Shown here one piece after another: positions 48,235 to 58,489 of a DNA stretch of 64,000 bases (positions are counted from its first letter, which is position 1; each line of letters opens with the position of its first letter). A program made the translations under genes and the position numbers. The stretch lies in contig CAVSGG010000010.1 in the NCBI GenBank assembly GCA_963727455.1, forward strand, positions 64,001 to 128,000, in the 5' to 3' direction. Source of the stretch: Candidatus Krumholzibacteriota bacterium (GTDB lineage: Bacteria > Krumholzibacteriota > Krumholzibacteriia > JAJRXK01). The notes under the pieces are model-generated. The model searched no databases, had not been told where the DNA came from, and saw only the letters and a list, made by a program, of their open reading frames with translations.

Positions 48235-49602
48235 ATGCGAGTCGCGTTCACGACGCTCGGATGCAGACTGAACCTCTTCGAGACCGAAGCCATGCGCCAT
48301 CGGCTCCACCAAAAGACGCGGGCCGAGGTGGTGGAATGGGAGGAAGAAGCCGAGGTCTACGTGGTCAATTCCTGCACCGTGACTACTCGCGCGGAGAAGA
48401 AGTGCCGCCAGCTGGCGCGTTCGATCAAGCGGCGGCGCCCGGATGCGAAAGTGATGGTGGTGGGCTGCTACGCGCAAGTGAACGGCGAGCCCCTCATGAA
48501 ACTACCCGAGATCGACGCGGCCCTGGGCAACGAGGAGAAGAAGCACCTCGAGGACTATCTGCCCCAGCTTTTGCAGGGGAAGAGGATTTTGCGGGCGGCA
48601 TCTTTTCCCAAGAAGATGAGCGCGCGCGAAGGGGAATGGATCGAGGACTTTGCCGGCCGGAGCCGTGCCACGATCAAAGTGCAGGAGGGCTGTAACATGC
48701 GCTGTACCTTCTGCGCAATCTGGAGTGCACGAGGGCCGAGCCGTTCCCGTCCGCCCCGGGAAATCGTGGAGCAGGCCAGGAGCCTGGCCGCGGCCGGATA
48801 CGAGGAAATCGTGTTGGGTGGCGTGCACCTCGGGCACTACGGGCGCGAACTCTCGCCCAGGGCCGATCTCCTGGAACTTCTGAGGATGCTCTTGGACCTC
48901 GTGGACGAAAAGGTGCGTTTTCGCCTGTCCAGTATTGATCCCTCGGAAGTCGATACCCAGTTGGTGCGCATGCTGGTGGAGGAACCACGCTTGTGCCGCT
49001 ACCTCCACCTCTCGCTGCAATCCGGCAGCGATTCCGTACTGCGAAGCATGCGCCGCGCCTACAGCGCTCCCTACCTACGCGGGCTACTCTCGAAGATCGA
49101 GGGGATCGATCCCGATTTCGGTCTGGGTGCCGATCTCATCGTGGGCTTTCCCAACGAAGACGAGCTCGCCTTCGCGGAGACGGTGGCTCTGCTTGAGTCC
49201 ACTCCGATCAGCTTTTATCATGTGTTTCCCTACTCCGATCGACCCGGAACCGCCGCGTCACGGATGCCCAAGTTGGCGGCGCGTGGAGTCATCGCCGAAC
49301 GCGCCAGGATTCTGCGCGAGGCGGGGGAAAGCAGGCGTGAGAGGTTCTTGCGCAAGCACTTGAATGGCGTATTCGAGGGCGTGGTGGAAGGGCTCTCTTC
49401 CCACGGTGTCGAAGGTCAGCGTGAGATCATGCTCGAGGACTATGCGACAGTGTGGGCAGAGGTCGAGGAGAGCTTCGAGAAGAAGAGCGTCCTGCTGAGG
49501 GTGGTTGGGATGGACGAGAGAGGACGGCTGCGCGGCGTGGTACTGGACCGGACCGGATCCGCGGAGGACGAAATCGCCCAAGTCGCGGTGGGGGAAAGCT
49601 GA
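48235..49602 (+). CDS. mtaB: tRNA t6A37 methylthiotransferase (radical SAM)
   Basis: TLGCRLN, NSCTVT, VGCYAQ, KVQEGCNMRCTFC..ARGPSRS, FPYSDRPGT. Confidence 0.85.
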   Translation: MRVAFTTLGCRLNLFETEAMRHRLHQKTRAEVVEWEEEAEVYVVNSCTVTTRAEKKCRQLARSIKRRRPDAKVMVVGCYAQVNGEPLMKLPEIDAALGNEEKKHLEDYLPQLLQGKRILRAASFPKKMSAREGEWIEDFAGRSRATIKVQEGCNMRCTFCAIWSARGPSRSRPPREIVEQARSLAAAGYEEIVLGGVHLGHYGRELSPRADLLELLRMLLDLVDEKVRFRLSSIDPSEVDTQLVRMLVEEPRLCRYLHLSLQSGSDSVLRSMRRAYSAPYLRGLLSKIEGIDPDFGLGADLIVGFPNEDELAFAETVALLESTPISFYHVFPYSDRPGTAASRMPKLAARGVIAERARILREAGESRRERFLRKHLNGVFEGVVEGLSSHGVEGQREIMLEDYATVWAEVEESFEKKSVLLRVVGMDERGRLRGVVLDRTGSAEDEIAQVAVGES

Positions 49603-49603
49603 G

Positions 49604-50947
49604 ATGAAGAACCGGCTCTACATCGAGACCTACGGCTGTCAGATGAACGTCTATGACAGCCGGGTAATCCTGGACAACTTGAAGCGCGCCGGCTTCACCG
49701 AGGTAAAGAGTCCCGAGCAGGCGGACGTGTTGTTGCTGAACACCTGTGCCGTGCGGGACAACGCCGAGCAGCGAGTGATCGGCCGGATCGGTGAATTGAT
49801 GCGCTACAAGAAGGATCGCAAGGACGTTTTGATGGGTGTCGTTGGGTGCATGGCGCAGCGGCTCGGAGAGCAGTTGCACGCGCGACGGAAAGCGGTCGAC
49901 CTGGTGGTGGGCACCGACCAGTATGGCCGCATTGCGGAGATGATCGATTCGGTGCGGGAGACGGGGAAACCCAAATTCGATACGACCGCAAGCGACATCT
50001 CCACCTATCAGGCAAGCCCGGAGTACGATCCGGAAAACAATACGCATTTCATTTCCATCACGCGCGGATGTGATTACCGCTGCACCTTCTGTGTGGTCCC
50101 GAACACGCGCGGTGCGCTGAGACCCAAGGATCCCAAAACGGTGGTGTCGGAGGTCGAGGCAATCGTTCAGGAGCGCGGTGGGGTGGAAGTCACGCTGCTG
50201 GGACAAAACGTGACGGCGTATCGCCACGAGGAGGCGAGCTTTGCCGATCTGTTGCGCAGGGTGAACGAGGTTGAAGGTCTGCGGCGCATCCGCTTTCTGA
50301 CCAACCATCCCACCGATTTCACCGAGGAGACCCTCAGGGCCATTGCCGAATGCGAGAAAGTCTCTCCCTGGCTCCACGTGCCCATCCAGAGCGGGAGCGA
50401 CCGGATTCTCCGCCGGATGAAACGCGGCTACCGGCGCAAGGAGTATCTCGAATTGGTGGCCCGCTGCCGCGAGGTACTGCCCGACGTGAGCTTCTCCACC
50501 GACATCATCGTTGGCTTTCCCGGCGAAACGGAGGAAGATTTCCAGCAGACGCTCTCGGTCATGCGCGAGATGCGTTACGATTCGGCTTTCGTGTTCAAGT
50601 ACTCAGCCCGTCCGGGCACTCCGGCCGCGAAGTTGAGGGACGACGTGGCCGAGGAGCTGAAGGGCGAGCGGATTCAGGGCGTGAACGCTCTTCAGGGAGA
50701 GCTCTGGGAGATGGAAGCAGCGGCGCTCAAGGGAAGCCGTTGGGAAGTTGCGATCGAGGGACCCGATCGCAAGGGCCGCGGATTTCTCAGAGCCCGTACC
50801 CTGAACAATCGTAAAGTTCTGGTGCCTGCGCGCGACGATCTGGGACGGGGAGACGAGCTCCTCGTACACGTGACCGGAAGCCAGGCCACAACATTTTTTG
50901 CCGAAACTCTCGGCGTAGTCTGGAAGTACGATCGTGTGGCTGCTTAG
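49604..50947 (+). CDS. miaB: tRNA i6A37 methylthiotransferase (radical SAM, TRAM)
   Basis: ETYGCQMN, NTCAVRDNAE, GCMAQ, GCDYRCTFCVVP, LLGQNV, TDIIVGFPGET, KYSARPGT. Confidence 0.93.
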   Translation: MKNRLYIETYGCQMNVYDSRVILDNLKRAGFTEVKSPEQADVLLLNTCAVRDNAEQRVIGRIGELMRYKKDRKDVLMGVVGCMAQRLGEQLHARRKAVDLVVGTDQYGRIAEMIDSVRETGKPKFDTTASDISTYQASPEYDPENNTHFISITRGCDYRCTFCVVPNTRGALRPKDPKTVVSEVEAIVQERGGVEVTLLGQNVTAYRHEEASFADLLRRVNEVEGLRRIRFLTNHPTDFTEETLRAIAECEKVSPWLHVPIQSGSDRILRRMKRGYRRKEYLELVARCREVLPDVSFSTDIIVGFPGETEEDFQQTLSVMREMRYDSAFVFKYSARPGTPAAKLRDDVAEELKGERIQGVNALQGELWEMEAAALKGSRWEVAIEGPDRKGRGFLRARTLNNRKVLVPARDDLGRGDELLVHVTGSQATTFFAETLGVVWKYDRVAA

Positions 50948-51269
50948 AACCATTTTTTTCGTGATTCTCCTGGTCTTCTTCGTGGCGATCGCGCTGCAGA
51001 ACAACGAGCCCTTGGTCACGGTGAAGTTCTTCGCGTGGACGCAAGCCATGGTGCCGCTGTGGATCGTCATCTTCGCCTCGGCGCTGGTGGGCTTCGTGGT
51101 GGGCATGATCGTCTCCGTGGTACGCGAAATTCGCTTGCGGTTGGATTCAGGCAAACTGCGCAGGGAGCGCGACGAATACGAGCGTGAGATCGGACGTTTG
51201 CGCGCGGCTCCTCTCGACGAACTCTCCAATTCCGGGGACCAATTCTCGGACGGTGATTCCCTACCGTGA
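50934..51269 (+). CDS. LapA-like small membrane protein
   Basis: Two TM helices separated by LQN..V.VKF, C-terminal coiled coil; directly upstream of a LapB-like gene. Confidence 0.7.
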   Translation: MWLLRTIFFVILLVFFVAIALQNNEPLVTVKFFAWTQAMVPLWIVIFASALVGFVVGMIVSVVREIRLRLDSGKLRRERDEYEREIGRLRAAPLDELSNSGDQFSDGDSLP

Positions 51270-52450
51270 GCGATCCAATGGCAACTGCCCTCGTCGTGGC
51301 CGCCACTCTGATCGTGGCCATCCTCCTGTGGATGCTTTTCGCAAGGAGCGAGGAAGCCAGACCGGCGCCGCCCAAGGGGGCCGCGGACGCCTTCGAACTT
51401 CTCTTGGAAGGACGCAAGGACGAGGCGCAAGTGCTCATGGCCGAGCTCATTCGAGCCGGCAGCGCTCCCTCCTCGGTCTATCTGCAGCTGGGCAACCTCC
51501 TGCGGGAGGGCGGCGATCCCGCGCGCGCACTCGCTCTGCATCAGAGTCTTTTGGCGCGGTCATCCTTGCGCTCGGATTTGCGCCGCCTCGTCGAGTTGGC
51601 CATCGCGGACGATCTCTTGGCGCAGAACCGCTTCGAGGCCGCCGAACGTCGTCTGGAAGAACTGGATCGTCGCATCCTCGACCCCGATCTCCTGGAACGT
51701 CATGCGCGCGCGCTGCATCGCTTGGGCCGCACCGAATACGCCGCACAGAGACTGGAGCAGCGGGCCAAGATCGCGGGGGGGAAGGCCCGCCGGGAGGCCG
51801 CGGCCTACCTTGCGGAGATGGCGCGGGAAGCCCTGCGGGAGGGCAGGCCCCAGAATGCGGGCGACCTGCTGCACCGGGCCTTCAAACAGGATGATGGACT
51901 GGGTGCGGCCTACGAGGTGGAGGGGGACCGTTACATGGCCCTTCAACGACCGGACCGCGCGGTGCAGACCTGGCAGGAGGGACTGCGCCGCAGCCGCACC
52001 GGGGCGCGCAGCTTCCTGGCCAGACTGGCCAACGCCGCCCTGCGCGCAGGCAAAATGGAGACCCTGCTCGCCGACCTGGAACGAGAACGCGCCGACCATC
52101 CCGAGGATACCGCGCTCTGGCGCGCGGTGGCGGACCTGCGGCTTCGGCGTGGCGATCTGGAGAGCTTTTTCGCGCTGGTGGAAGATCCGCCGGCGGTGGA
52201 TGCGGCCGACCTTCCGGCCTGGGCGGGTTGGATCCGCTACCTGAGCCAGTCGAATGATTCCAAAGCGCTGCTCAGGCTCCTCGCTTCAATGCCCGACTCC
52301 TTCGGACCTCGTCATTACCACTGCGCGTTTTGCGGCTATCGCGACGAAGAAGCGCGCCAGGCGTGCCCCAAGTGCGGCCGACTCACTGCCCTGCGTCCGG
52401 ACGGTCAGGAAATGCGATCTCAGCGTGTTCTCAAGAGGCAATACTCGTGA
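51266..52450 (+). CDS. LapB-like TPR protein with rubredoxin-type C-terminal domain
   Basis: N-terminal TM, LGNLLREGGD..RALALHQSL, TPRs, CAFCG..CPKCG. Confidence 0.75.
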   Translation: MSDPMATALVVAATLIVAILLWMLFARSEEARPAPPKGAADAFELLLEGRKDEAQVLMAELIRAGSAPSSVYLQLGNLLREGGDPARALALHQSLLARSSLRSDLRRLVELAIADDLLAQNRFEAAERRLEELDRRILDPDLLERHARALHRLGRTEYAAQRLEQRAKIAGGKARREAAAYLAEMAREALREGRPQNAGDLLHRAFKQDDGLGAAYEVEGDRYMALQRPDRAVQTWQEGLRRSRTGARSFLARLANAALRAGKMETLLADLERERADHPEDTALWRAVADLRLRRGDLESFFALVEDPPAVDAADLPAWAGWIRYLSQSNDSKALLRLLASMPDSFGPRHYHCAFCGYRDEEARQACPKCGRLTALRPDGQEMRSQRVLKRQYS

Positions 52451-53483
52451 ACAGGACGCGCGCTCTCACCCTCTCCGCGGCGGCCGTCTTGCTCTTGGGG
52501 TTTCTCCGCTTCGCACTGGGGGAGGACATCCTGGAGCGGGTTCGGCGCCTGCGCGATCAGACCCACTACGATCTGGCGAGTCAACTGCTCGAGGACCACG
52601 TGAAGCACGGCACTCCGCTCTCGCGCGAACTCCGCTGGTTACAAGCGGAGTTGGAAACCGATCCCGAGCGATTCGATCGCATGGCGGCATCTTTGACGAG
52701 TGGGGGCTCGGTCTCCGACAGTCTCAATCAAGTGATCTCGTTGGCCCGGGCGCGCGAGTACTTCGCGCGCGGCCGCTATCTCTCCGCCGCGGAATTTTTG
52801 GAAGCTCTCCCCCCGAAGCATCGCGACGATTGCCTGAGATCACGCTCTTTTCCGGGATGGCGGAAGCGGCGGCCGGAAACGCGCGCAAGGCCAGGGAGAG
52901 GCTACTGCTCGTGGAAGCCCGAAGTCCCAGCTATCCGATGGCCCAGGTGCTGCTGGCCGACCTGGGTCTGCGCAGCGGCGACGTGAAGGGGGCCTTGCGC
53001 TATGCGGAGGCGGCCCTGGCTACCGGGGACAAGGATGTGGCGCCCCAGGCTCTCTACGCTCGAGCGGTCGCTCTTTCGCAAAGTGGGGACGGACAACGGG
53101 CAGCGGAAACCAGAAGTGAGATCCTGAGGCGCTACCCACGCACTGCGGAAGCGAGCTGGGTGCGTGACGAGGGAATCAAGGCAGTCCGAGACTCGAGCTC
53201 GACGCAGGAAACCAAAGTGAGCGAAGTGGAGGCGCCCGTTCGCCGTACCTCCTTCTCGCTGCAGATGGGCGCCTTCCACGACCGAAGTCTGGCCTTGAAG
53301 CTTGCGCTGACTCTGGAGAGTCAGGTAGACGAACTGAGAATCGAACGCAGCGTGGAGAGCTCACCACCTTGGTACCGCGTGATCGTGGGTCGCTTTGCCA
53401 CGCGCAGTGCGGCGGAGAGCGTTCAAGACAAACTCAAGAGCCAGGGCTGGCAGGCAGTCATACTCCCTCCAGGACAGAGCTGA
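52447..53483 (+). pseudogene. TPR plus SPOR-domain envelope protein interrupted by a single-base frameshift near 52809-52814 (probably a sequencing error)
   Basis: Signal/TM and helical N-terminus in one frame; TPRs and SPOR (FSLQMGAF..WYRVIVGRFATRSAA) in the -1 frame; one extra C in the C6 run joins them. Confidence 0.7.
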
Positions 53484-56116
53484 TGGGCACGCGACGGAAG
53501 TCCGGCGAGCACACGCCCATGATGGAACAGTATCTCGGACTGAAGGCCGAACATCCCGACGCGATCCTGCTCTTCCGCATGGGAGATTTCTACGAGACCT
53601 TCTTCGAGGACGCCCAGCTGTGCTCGAGAGTCCTGGGCATCACCCTCACCTCGCGCGAGAAAAAGGGCGGCAATCCCATCCCCCTGGCAGGTATTCCCTT
53701 CCATGCCCTCGACCAGTACCTGAAGAAGCTCTTGGATTCGGGTGCCACCGTCGCGATCTGTGAACAGACCGAAGATCCCGCGCGAGCCAAGGGTCTGGTC
53801 CGCCGAGAGGTGGTGGAGATTCTCTCCCCGGGCACCGTCACCAATCCCGCGCTGCTGGCAAGCGACGAGGGCAGCTACCTTCTCGCCCTTCTGCCCAAGG
53901 AGCGCGACTGGGGCTACGCCCTCCTGGACGGCAGTACCGGCGAGTTCCTCTGCGGACAGGCCAAGGTGGAGGAGGTCCTGGGTCTGCCGCGGCGCTACCC
54001 GGTGGCGGAAATCGTCCTGCCCCAGGAATTCGTGGCGGAGGGAAAGGCCCTCGCCGGGGACGGGGCCCTGGAGGGGATCCACGCCACCGGTGTCTCCGAG
54101 TTGCTCTTTGAAACTAGTTATGCCACAAGAACTTTAGAGGATCACTTCAAGCTGAATGGAGTCACTGGTTTGGGGCTGGACGAGGCGGTGCTGGCCACGC
54201 GCGCCGCCGGCTGTGCCCTGCGCTATCTCGCCGACCGGCAACGCAGTCTGCCCGCGCAGGTCTCCGCGCTCACGGTACAGCATGGCGGGGAGCAGCTTTA
54301 CCTGGACCGGGAGACGGTGGCTCACCTGGAACTCTTCAGCAGCCTGCAGACCGGAACGCGCGAGGGAACGCTTTTCGCGCAGCTGGATGCCACCAAGACT
54401 CCGATGGGCCGCCGCTGTCTGGCGGCCTGGCTGCGCGCGCCCTTGCGAAACCGATCGAAGATCCAGAGCAGGCTCGACGCGGTCCAGGCGCTGCGGGAAG
54501 AGGCCGTGCTCTTGCGCTCGCTGCGCGAGACCCTGACCGGAATCGGAGACGTCGAGAGAATTCTCGGGCGCATCGCCACCCGCCGCGCGATGCCCAAGGA
54601 ACTCGCAAACCTGCGAGCCTCGCTGGCGCGGGTGCAGGCGATCCACGCGCTACAATGGGCGAAAGATGATCCCATTCTTCAAGAGATTCTGGAGCAGCTC
54701 CGCTGCGCGGAAGAATTGAACCGGCCGCTGATCACGCAACTGACCGAAGACCCGCCGGTGCACTTGCGCAAAGGCGGCATCCTGCGCGAAGGAGTCAATC
54801 GTGAGTTGGACGAACTTGCGGATCTGGCACGCGGGGGAAAAAAGTGGCTGGCGAACTACCAGGCCCGCGAACGCGAGCGCACGGGAATCAGCTCGCTCAA
54901 GGTCGCCTTCAACCGGGTCTTCGGCTACTACATCGAAGTCACGCGTGCACACCTGTCCAAAGTCCCGCAGGACTATCAGGAGAAGCAGACGCTGGCCTCC
55001 GCGAAGCGCTACGTGACCGAGGATTTGAAAGAGAGAGAGCGACAGATTTTGAGCGCCGAGGAACGGCGTATCGAACTGGAGAGGAGACTCTATCTCGAGT
55101 TGCTCGAGACCCTGGCCGCCTCGCTCGCGCCGCTTCGCACTCTGGCCGAAGCCCTGGGTCGGCTGGATACCTTGGCTTCGCTGGCCGCGCTGAGTCTGGC
55201 GCGCGACTACGTGCGGCCCGAGATCGACGAGGACGGAACGCTCCTCATCGAAGAGGGGCGGCACCCGGTCGTGGAGAAGCTGGTGCAGGAGCCCTTCGTG
55301 CCCAACGACCTGGCAATGAATTCCAGCGAGCGGCAAATCCTGCTGCTCACCGGACCGAACATGGGCGGCAAGTCGACCTATCTGCGTCAGGCCGCGTTGC
55401 TGGTGATCATGGCGCAAATGGGATCCTTCGTGCCGGCGCGCCGGGCGCGGATTGGTGTAGTGGATCGGCTCTTCACTCGCGTGGGCGCCAGTGACAATCT
55501 GGCGCGCGGACAGAGCACCTTTTTAGTTGAGATGGCCGAATGCGCCAAGATCCTGCGTGGCTCCACCGATCAGAGTCTGGTGATTCTGGACGAGGTGGGC
55601 CGGGGAACCTCCACCGACGACGGCTTGGCTCTGGCCTGGGCCATCACCGAACACCTGCACGACGGTCCCGTGCATCCGAAAGCCCTTTTCGCCACCCATT
55701 TTCACGAGCTTACCCAACTCGTGGATCGCCTGCCGCGTCTGGCCAACATCCAGATGGAAGTACGGGATTGGCAGGGTCAGATTTTGTTCCTGCACAAGGT
55801 GATCCCCGGGGCTGGTGACCGGAGCTACGGGATCCACGTGGCCGAACTGGCGGGTATTCCGCCCTCGGTCCTCCTTCGCGCCCGTGAACTCCTCGACGAG
55901 CGCCGCAACGCGCCCGCTCTCACCCCCAGGCCCGGGCGTCCGCCAGCCAGCGAAGCACTCCAACTGCCTCTCTTCCGCTCGGCGGAACGAGAGGTGCTCG
56001 AGCGTCTGCGAGAGACGCAGCCCGAGCGGTTGCGGCCGGTCGATGCACTCGTGCTTCTGAGCCAGCTCAAGGAGCGCCTGGGGGACTTTTTGGCCGACGC
56101 CTCCGAGGACGCCTAA
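53483..56116 (+). CDS. mutS: DNA mismatch repair protein MutS
   Basis: TPMMEQY, FRMGDFYETF, TPMGRR, GRHPVVE, TGPNMGGKSTY, GQSTFLVEM, LDEVGRGT, FATHFHEL, SYGIHVA. Confidence 0.98.
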   Translation: MGTRRKSGEHTPMMEQYLGLKAEHPDAILLFRMGDFYETFFEDAQLCSRVLGITLTSREKKGGNPIPLAGIPFHALDQYLKKLLDSGATVAICEQTEDPARAKGLVRREVVEILSPGTVTNPALLASDEGSYLLALLPKERDWGYALLDGSTGEFLCGQAKVEEVLGLPRRYPVAEIVLPQEFVAEGKALAGDGALEGIHATGVSELLFETSYATRTLEDHFKLNGVTGLGLDEAVLATRAAGCALRYLADRQRSLPAQVSALTVQHGGEQLYLDRETVAHLELFSSLQTGTREGTLFAQLDATKTPMGRRCLAAWLRAPLRNRSKIQSRLDAVQALREEAVLLRSLRETLTGIGDVERILGRIATRRAMPKELANLRASLARVQAIHALQWAKDDPILQEILEQLRCAEELNRPLITQLTEDPPVHLRKGGILREGVNRELDELADLARGGKKWLANYQARERERTGISSLKVAFNRVFGYYIEVTRAHLSKVPQDYQEKQTLASAKRYVTEDLKERERQILSAEERRIELERRLYLELLETLAASLAPLRTLAEALGRLDTLASLAALSLARDYVRPEIDEDGTLLIEEGRHPVVEKLVQEPFVPNDLAMNSSERQILLLTGPNMGGKSTYLRQAALLVIMAQMGSFVPARRARIGVVDRLFTRVGASDNLARGQSTFLVEMAECAKILRGSTDQSLVILDEVGRGTSTDDGLALAWAITEHLHDGPVHPKALFATHFHELTQLVDRLPRLANIQMEVRDWQGQILFLHKVIPGAGDRSYGIHVAELAGIPPSVLLRARELLDERRNAPALTPRPGRPPASEALQLPLFRSAEREVLERLRETQPERLRPVDALVLLSQLKERLGDFLADASEDA

Positions 56117-56147
56117 GCCCCTTTGTTTTCGGCAGTTTAGTCCGTGC

Positions 56148-56163
56148 TGGCACCCTCCTTGCT
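56148..56163 (+). promoter_or_regulatory. Sigma-54 (-24/-12) promoter
   Basis: TGGCACCCTCCTTGCT matches TGGCAC-N5-TTGC; GG 56149-50, GC 56161-62; T-rich tract upstream. Confidence 0.8.
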
Positions 56164-56217
56164 GCGCCGATCATGGTCCACTGTGCCTCAGGGTGGAGGG
56201 AGGTGGACGAAATTGCC

Positions 56218-58464
56218 ATGCAAGACATAGCTAATCCGTTGACTCTCTTGGGGATGGTCGGGGTTCGGGAAGCCGAGATCCCGGTCCTGGCCGAATTGCA
56301 TCGTGCGGTCGCGGTGCAGATCGTGGGGGTGTATGACCCGGATCCGAAGGCTCTGGGGCACGAAATCGCCGAAATTTTGGGTATTCCCCACGGTCACACC
56401 CCGGAATTCTTGGGCGAACTGGCCAAGGCGGGACAGGTCGTTCTGAGTCAGGAGCGCGAGCGGATCCAGGACGCGGTGGCCACCCTGCGCAGCGAGAAAG
56501 TGCGCCTCCTCGGGCTGCACGAAGCTCTGGAGTTGTACGGCGAGCCTGGCTGGCCGCCACGCCGCGGGGTAAGAGAAGTGCGAGCGGAGAGCGCTCGCTG
56601 GCGCGATTTCGACGACGCCATTCGCTGGTTGGATCGAGCGCTGGACCGGGAAGAGGTTCTACGCGGTCTCTTGGCCCTGGTGATTCAGGCGGTCGACGCC
56701 GACAGCGGGAGCATCCAGCTCCTCAACCATGCTACGAAGGAACTCTACATCGCCTACGCCGAGGGTCTGAGCGACCATACCATTCGGACCAGCCGACGTC
56801 GCCTGGGAGAGGGTATCAGCGGACGGGTGGCCTTGAGCGGCGAAGGCGAACTCATCGAAGGACAACCTACCGCGGCACGGGAACGTGACCGTTGCGACAT
56901 CAAGAGCGCGATCTGTGTGCCGTTGCTCGACGACGACTTGACCCTCGGGGTCACCAACGTCTCGCGCGACCGCGGGTCCACTTCGTTCTCGGCCGCCGAC
57001 CTTGCCAAGGTGCAGCGCATGGCGGCGCGCATCACTCCCGTGCTGTCACATCTACTCGAGATCCAGTCCTACCACGAACGCGCCCTGGTCAACGATCTAG
57101 AACGCGGTCTCGACCGGCTTCTGCAAATGGAGCTGCCTGTCTCCCAGGCCCTCGGACTCATCCGCAGTCTCCTGCACGATCTGTCCGGCGCGGAGAGCTG
57201 CCAACTGATCATCTTGGGAGGGGGAGGGCCGGCGCTGCGCGTCCTCTCTGGGGAGGATGAAGAGGGGGAACCCTATCTGGTTCGCGACGCGGACCCGCAG
57301 AGTGGAATTCTGGCCCAGGTTCTTTTGACTTCGGAAGTGGTGATCCTCGAGGAGAGGTTCCGTCCCGCTGGACGCACGCGAGCCCGGCGCTACTCCACTC
57401 TTTACGTTCCGCTCGGTCCTCCGGAGTGTTTCGCGGTGCTCATCACGGACTTCGAAGGTCTCTCCGCGCTGAGTCACTTCCAACGCAACTTGAGCCAGGT
57501 GCAAGCGGTGGTAACCGCGCGTCTGGGCACGCTCTTGGCGCGGGAGGAGGGGCGCGCGCGCATGGAGCGTCTGCAGGCCCTGGCGCGGGAGCTGAGTCGA
57601 GTGGGTTCGCTTCCCTTCGGCGAACGCTCCGCTCGTGTGGCCAGCGCATTCATGGAACTCAGTGGCGCTGCCGCAGTCGCAGTCTACCAAGGATGGGGCG
57701 AGGCACCTACCGTTTGGCGTGGCGTGGACAAGCTACCCGAGTGTGACCCTCAGGAGTTGTGGAGAGAATATTCGCAGCGCATTCAGGACGAAGAGTCCGT
57801 GCGTTTGCGGGGCTTCGAATCCTCGGGCGGAAAAGTGAAGAACTGGTTGGTGGTTCTCGAGGCGGACCAGCGCGTTCTCATCGCCTTCGACCGCAAGCCC
57901 AAGAGTGCGCTGGAAGAGCGCGGGTTCAGTGAGGAAGATGCGGACATGGCGGCTCTGCTCTTGGGAACCCTTCCCGCGCAAGAGGCGCTGCCGCAAGAAC
58001 GGCTCATGGCTGCCGCAAGCAAGCCGACAGCGGCGCAGCAAGGCGCAGAAGTCCACGATATCACGGCGAACCGTCTACTCTTGCGCGAAGCGCTCGAACG
58101 GGAACTGCAGCGCGCACAGCGTTACCACGTCGGGTTCTCCCTGACCTGCTTCCAGGTCGATGCCCCACAGGCCAAGCCAGAATTCCACCAGCGTCTCATG
58201 GAAGTTGTACTCGGTGCGGCGCGCTCGACGGATTGCGTGCTCTTCATCGCCCACAACCGATTCGCGGTCCTCGCCCCGGAGGAAGCCAGGGGGCAGCGGC
58301 GGCTGGCCCGGCGCTATCGCTATCTCATCGAGAAGCTGCTTGGCGAACTCGGAGGAGCAGGGACGGACCTGCGCATCGACCACGCGCGCTATCCCCACGA
58401 TGCCGAAACCCCCGACGAAATTCTGCAAGAGGCGCAAAAGGCCCTGGATCCCGCGGTGGATTGA
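56218..58464 (+). CDS. Multi-GAF signalling protein with Rossmann-like N-terminus and degenerate GGDEF C-terminus
   Basis: N-terminal IVGVYDPDPKALG..AEILGIP; GAF ADSGSIQLL..GEGISGRVA..SAICVPL..LGVTNVS; C-terminal LERELQRAQRY..RSTD..RFAVLAPE..ARYPHDA; start approximate. Confidence 0.75.
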   Translation: MQDIANPLTLLGMVGVREAEIPVLAELHRAVAVQIVGVYDPDPKALGHEIAEILGIPHGHTPEFLGELAKAGQVVLSQERERIQDAVATLRSEKVRLLGLHEALELYGEPGWPPRRGVREVRAESARWRDFDDAIRWLDRALDREEVLRGLLALVIQAVDADSGSIQLLNHATKELYIAYAEGLSDHTIRTSRRRLGEGISGRVALSGEGELIEGQPTAARERDRCDIKSAICVPLLDDDLTLGVTNVSRDRGSTSFSAADLAKVQRMAARITPVLSHLLEIQSYHERALVNDLERGLDRLLQMELPVSQALGLIRSLLHDLSGAESCQLIILGGGGPALRVLSGEDEEGEPYLVRDADPQSGILAQVLLTSEVVILEERFRPAGRTRARRYSTLYVPLGPPECFAVLITDFEGLSALSHFQRNLSQVQAVVTARLGTLLAREEGRARMERLQALARELSRVGSLPFGERSARVASAFMELSGAAAVAVYQGWGEAPTVWRGVDKLPECDPQELWREYSQRIQDEESVRLRGFESSGGKVKNWLVVLEADQRVLIAFDRKPKSALEERGFSEEDADMAALLLGTLPAQEALPQERLMAAASKPTAAQQGAEVHDITANRLLLREALERELQRAQRYHVGFSLTCFQVDAPQAKPEFHQRLMEVVLGAARSTDCVLFIAHNRFAVLAPEEARGQRRLARRYRYLIEKLLGELGGAGTDLRIDHARYPHDAETPDEILQEAQKALDPAVD

Positions 58465-58489
58465 CAGCGACCCCTCCTCAGCGTAGTGT
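58461..58489 (+). promoter_or_regulatory. Sigma-70 promoter for mutL-miaA; -35 overlaps the upstream stop codon
   Basis: TTGACA-17 nt-TAGTGT. Confidence 0.6.
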
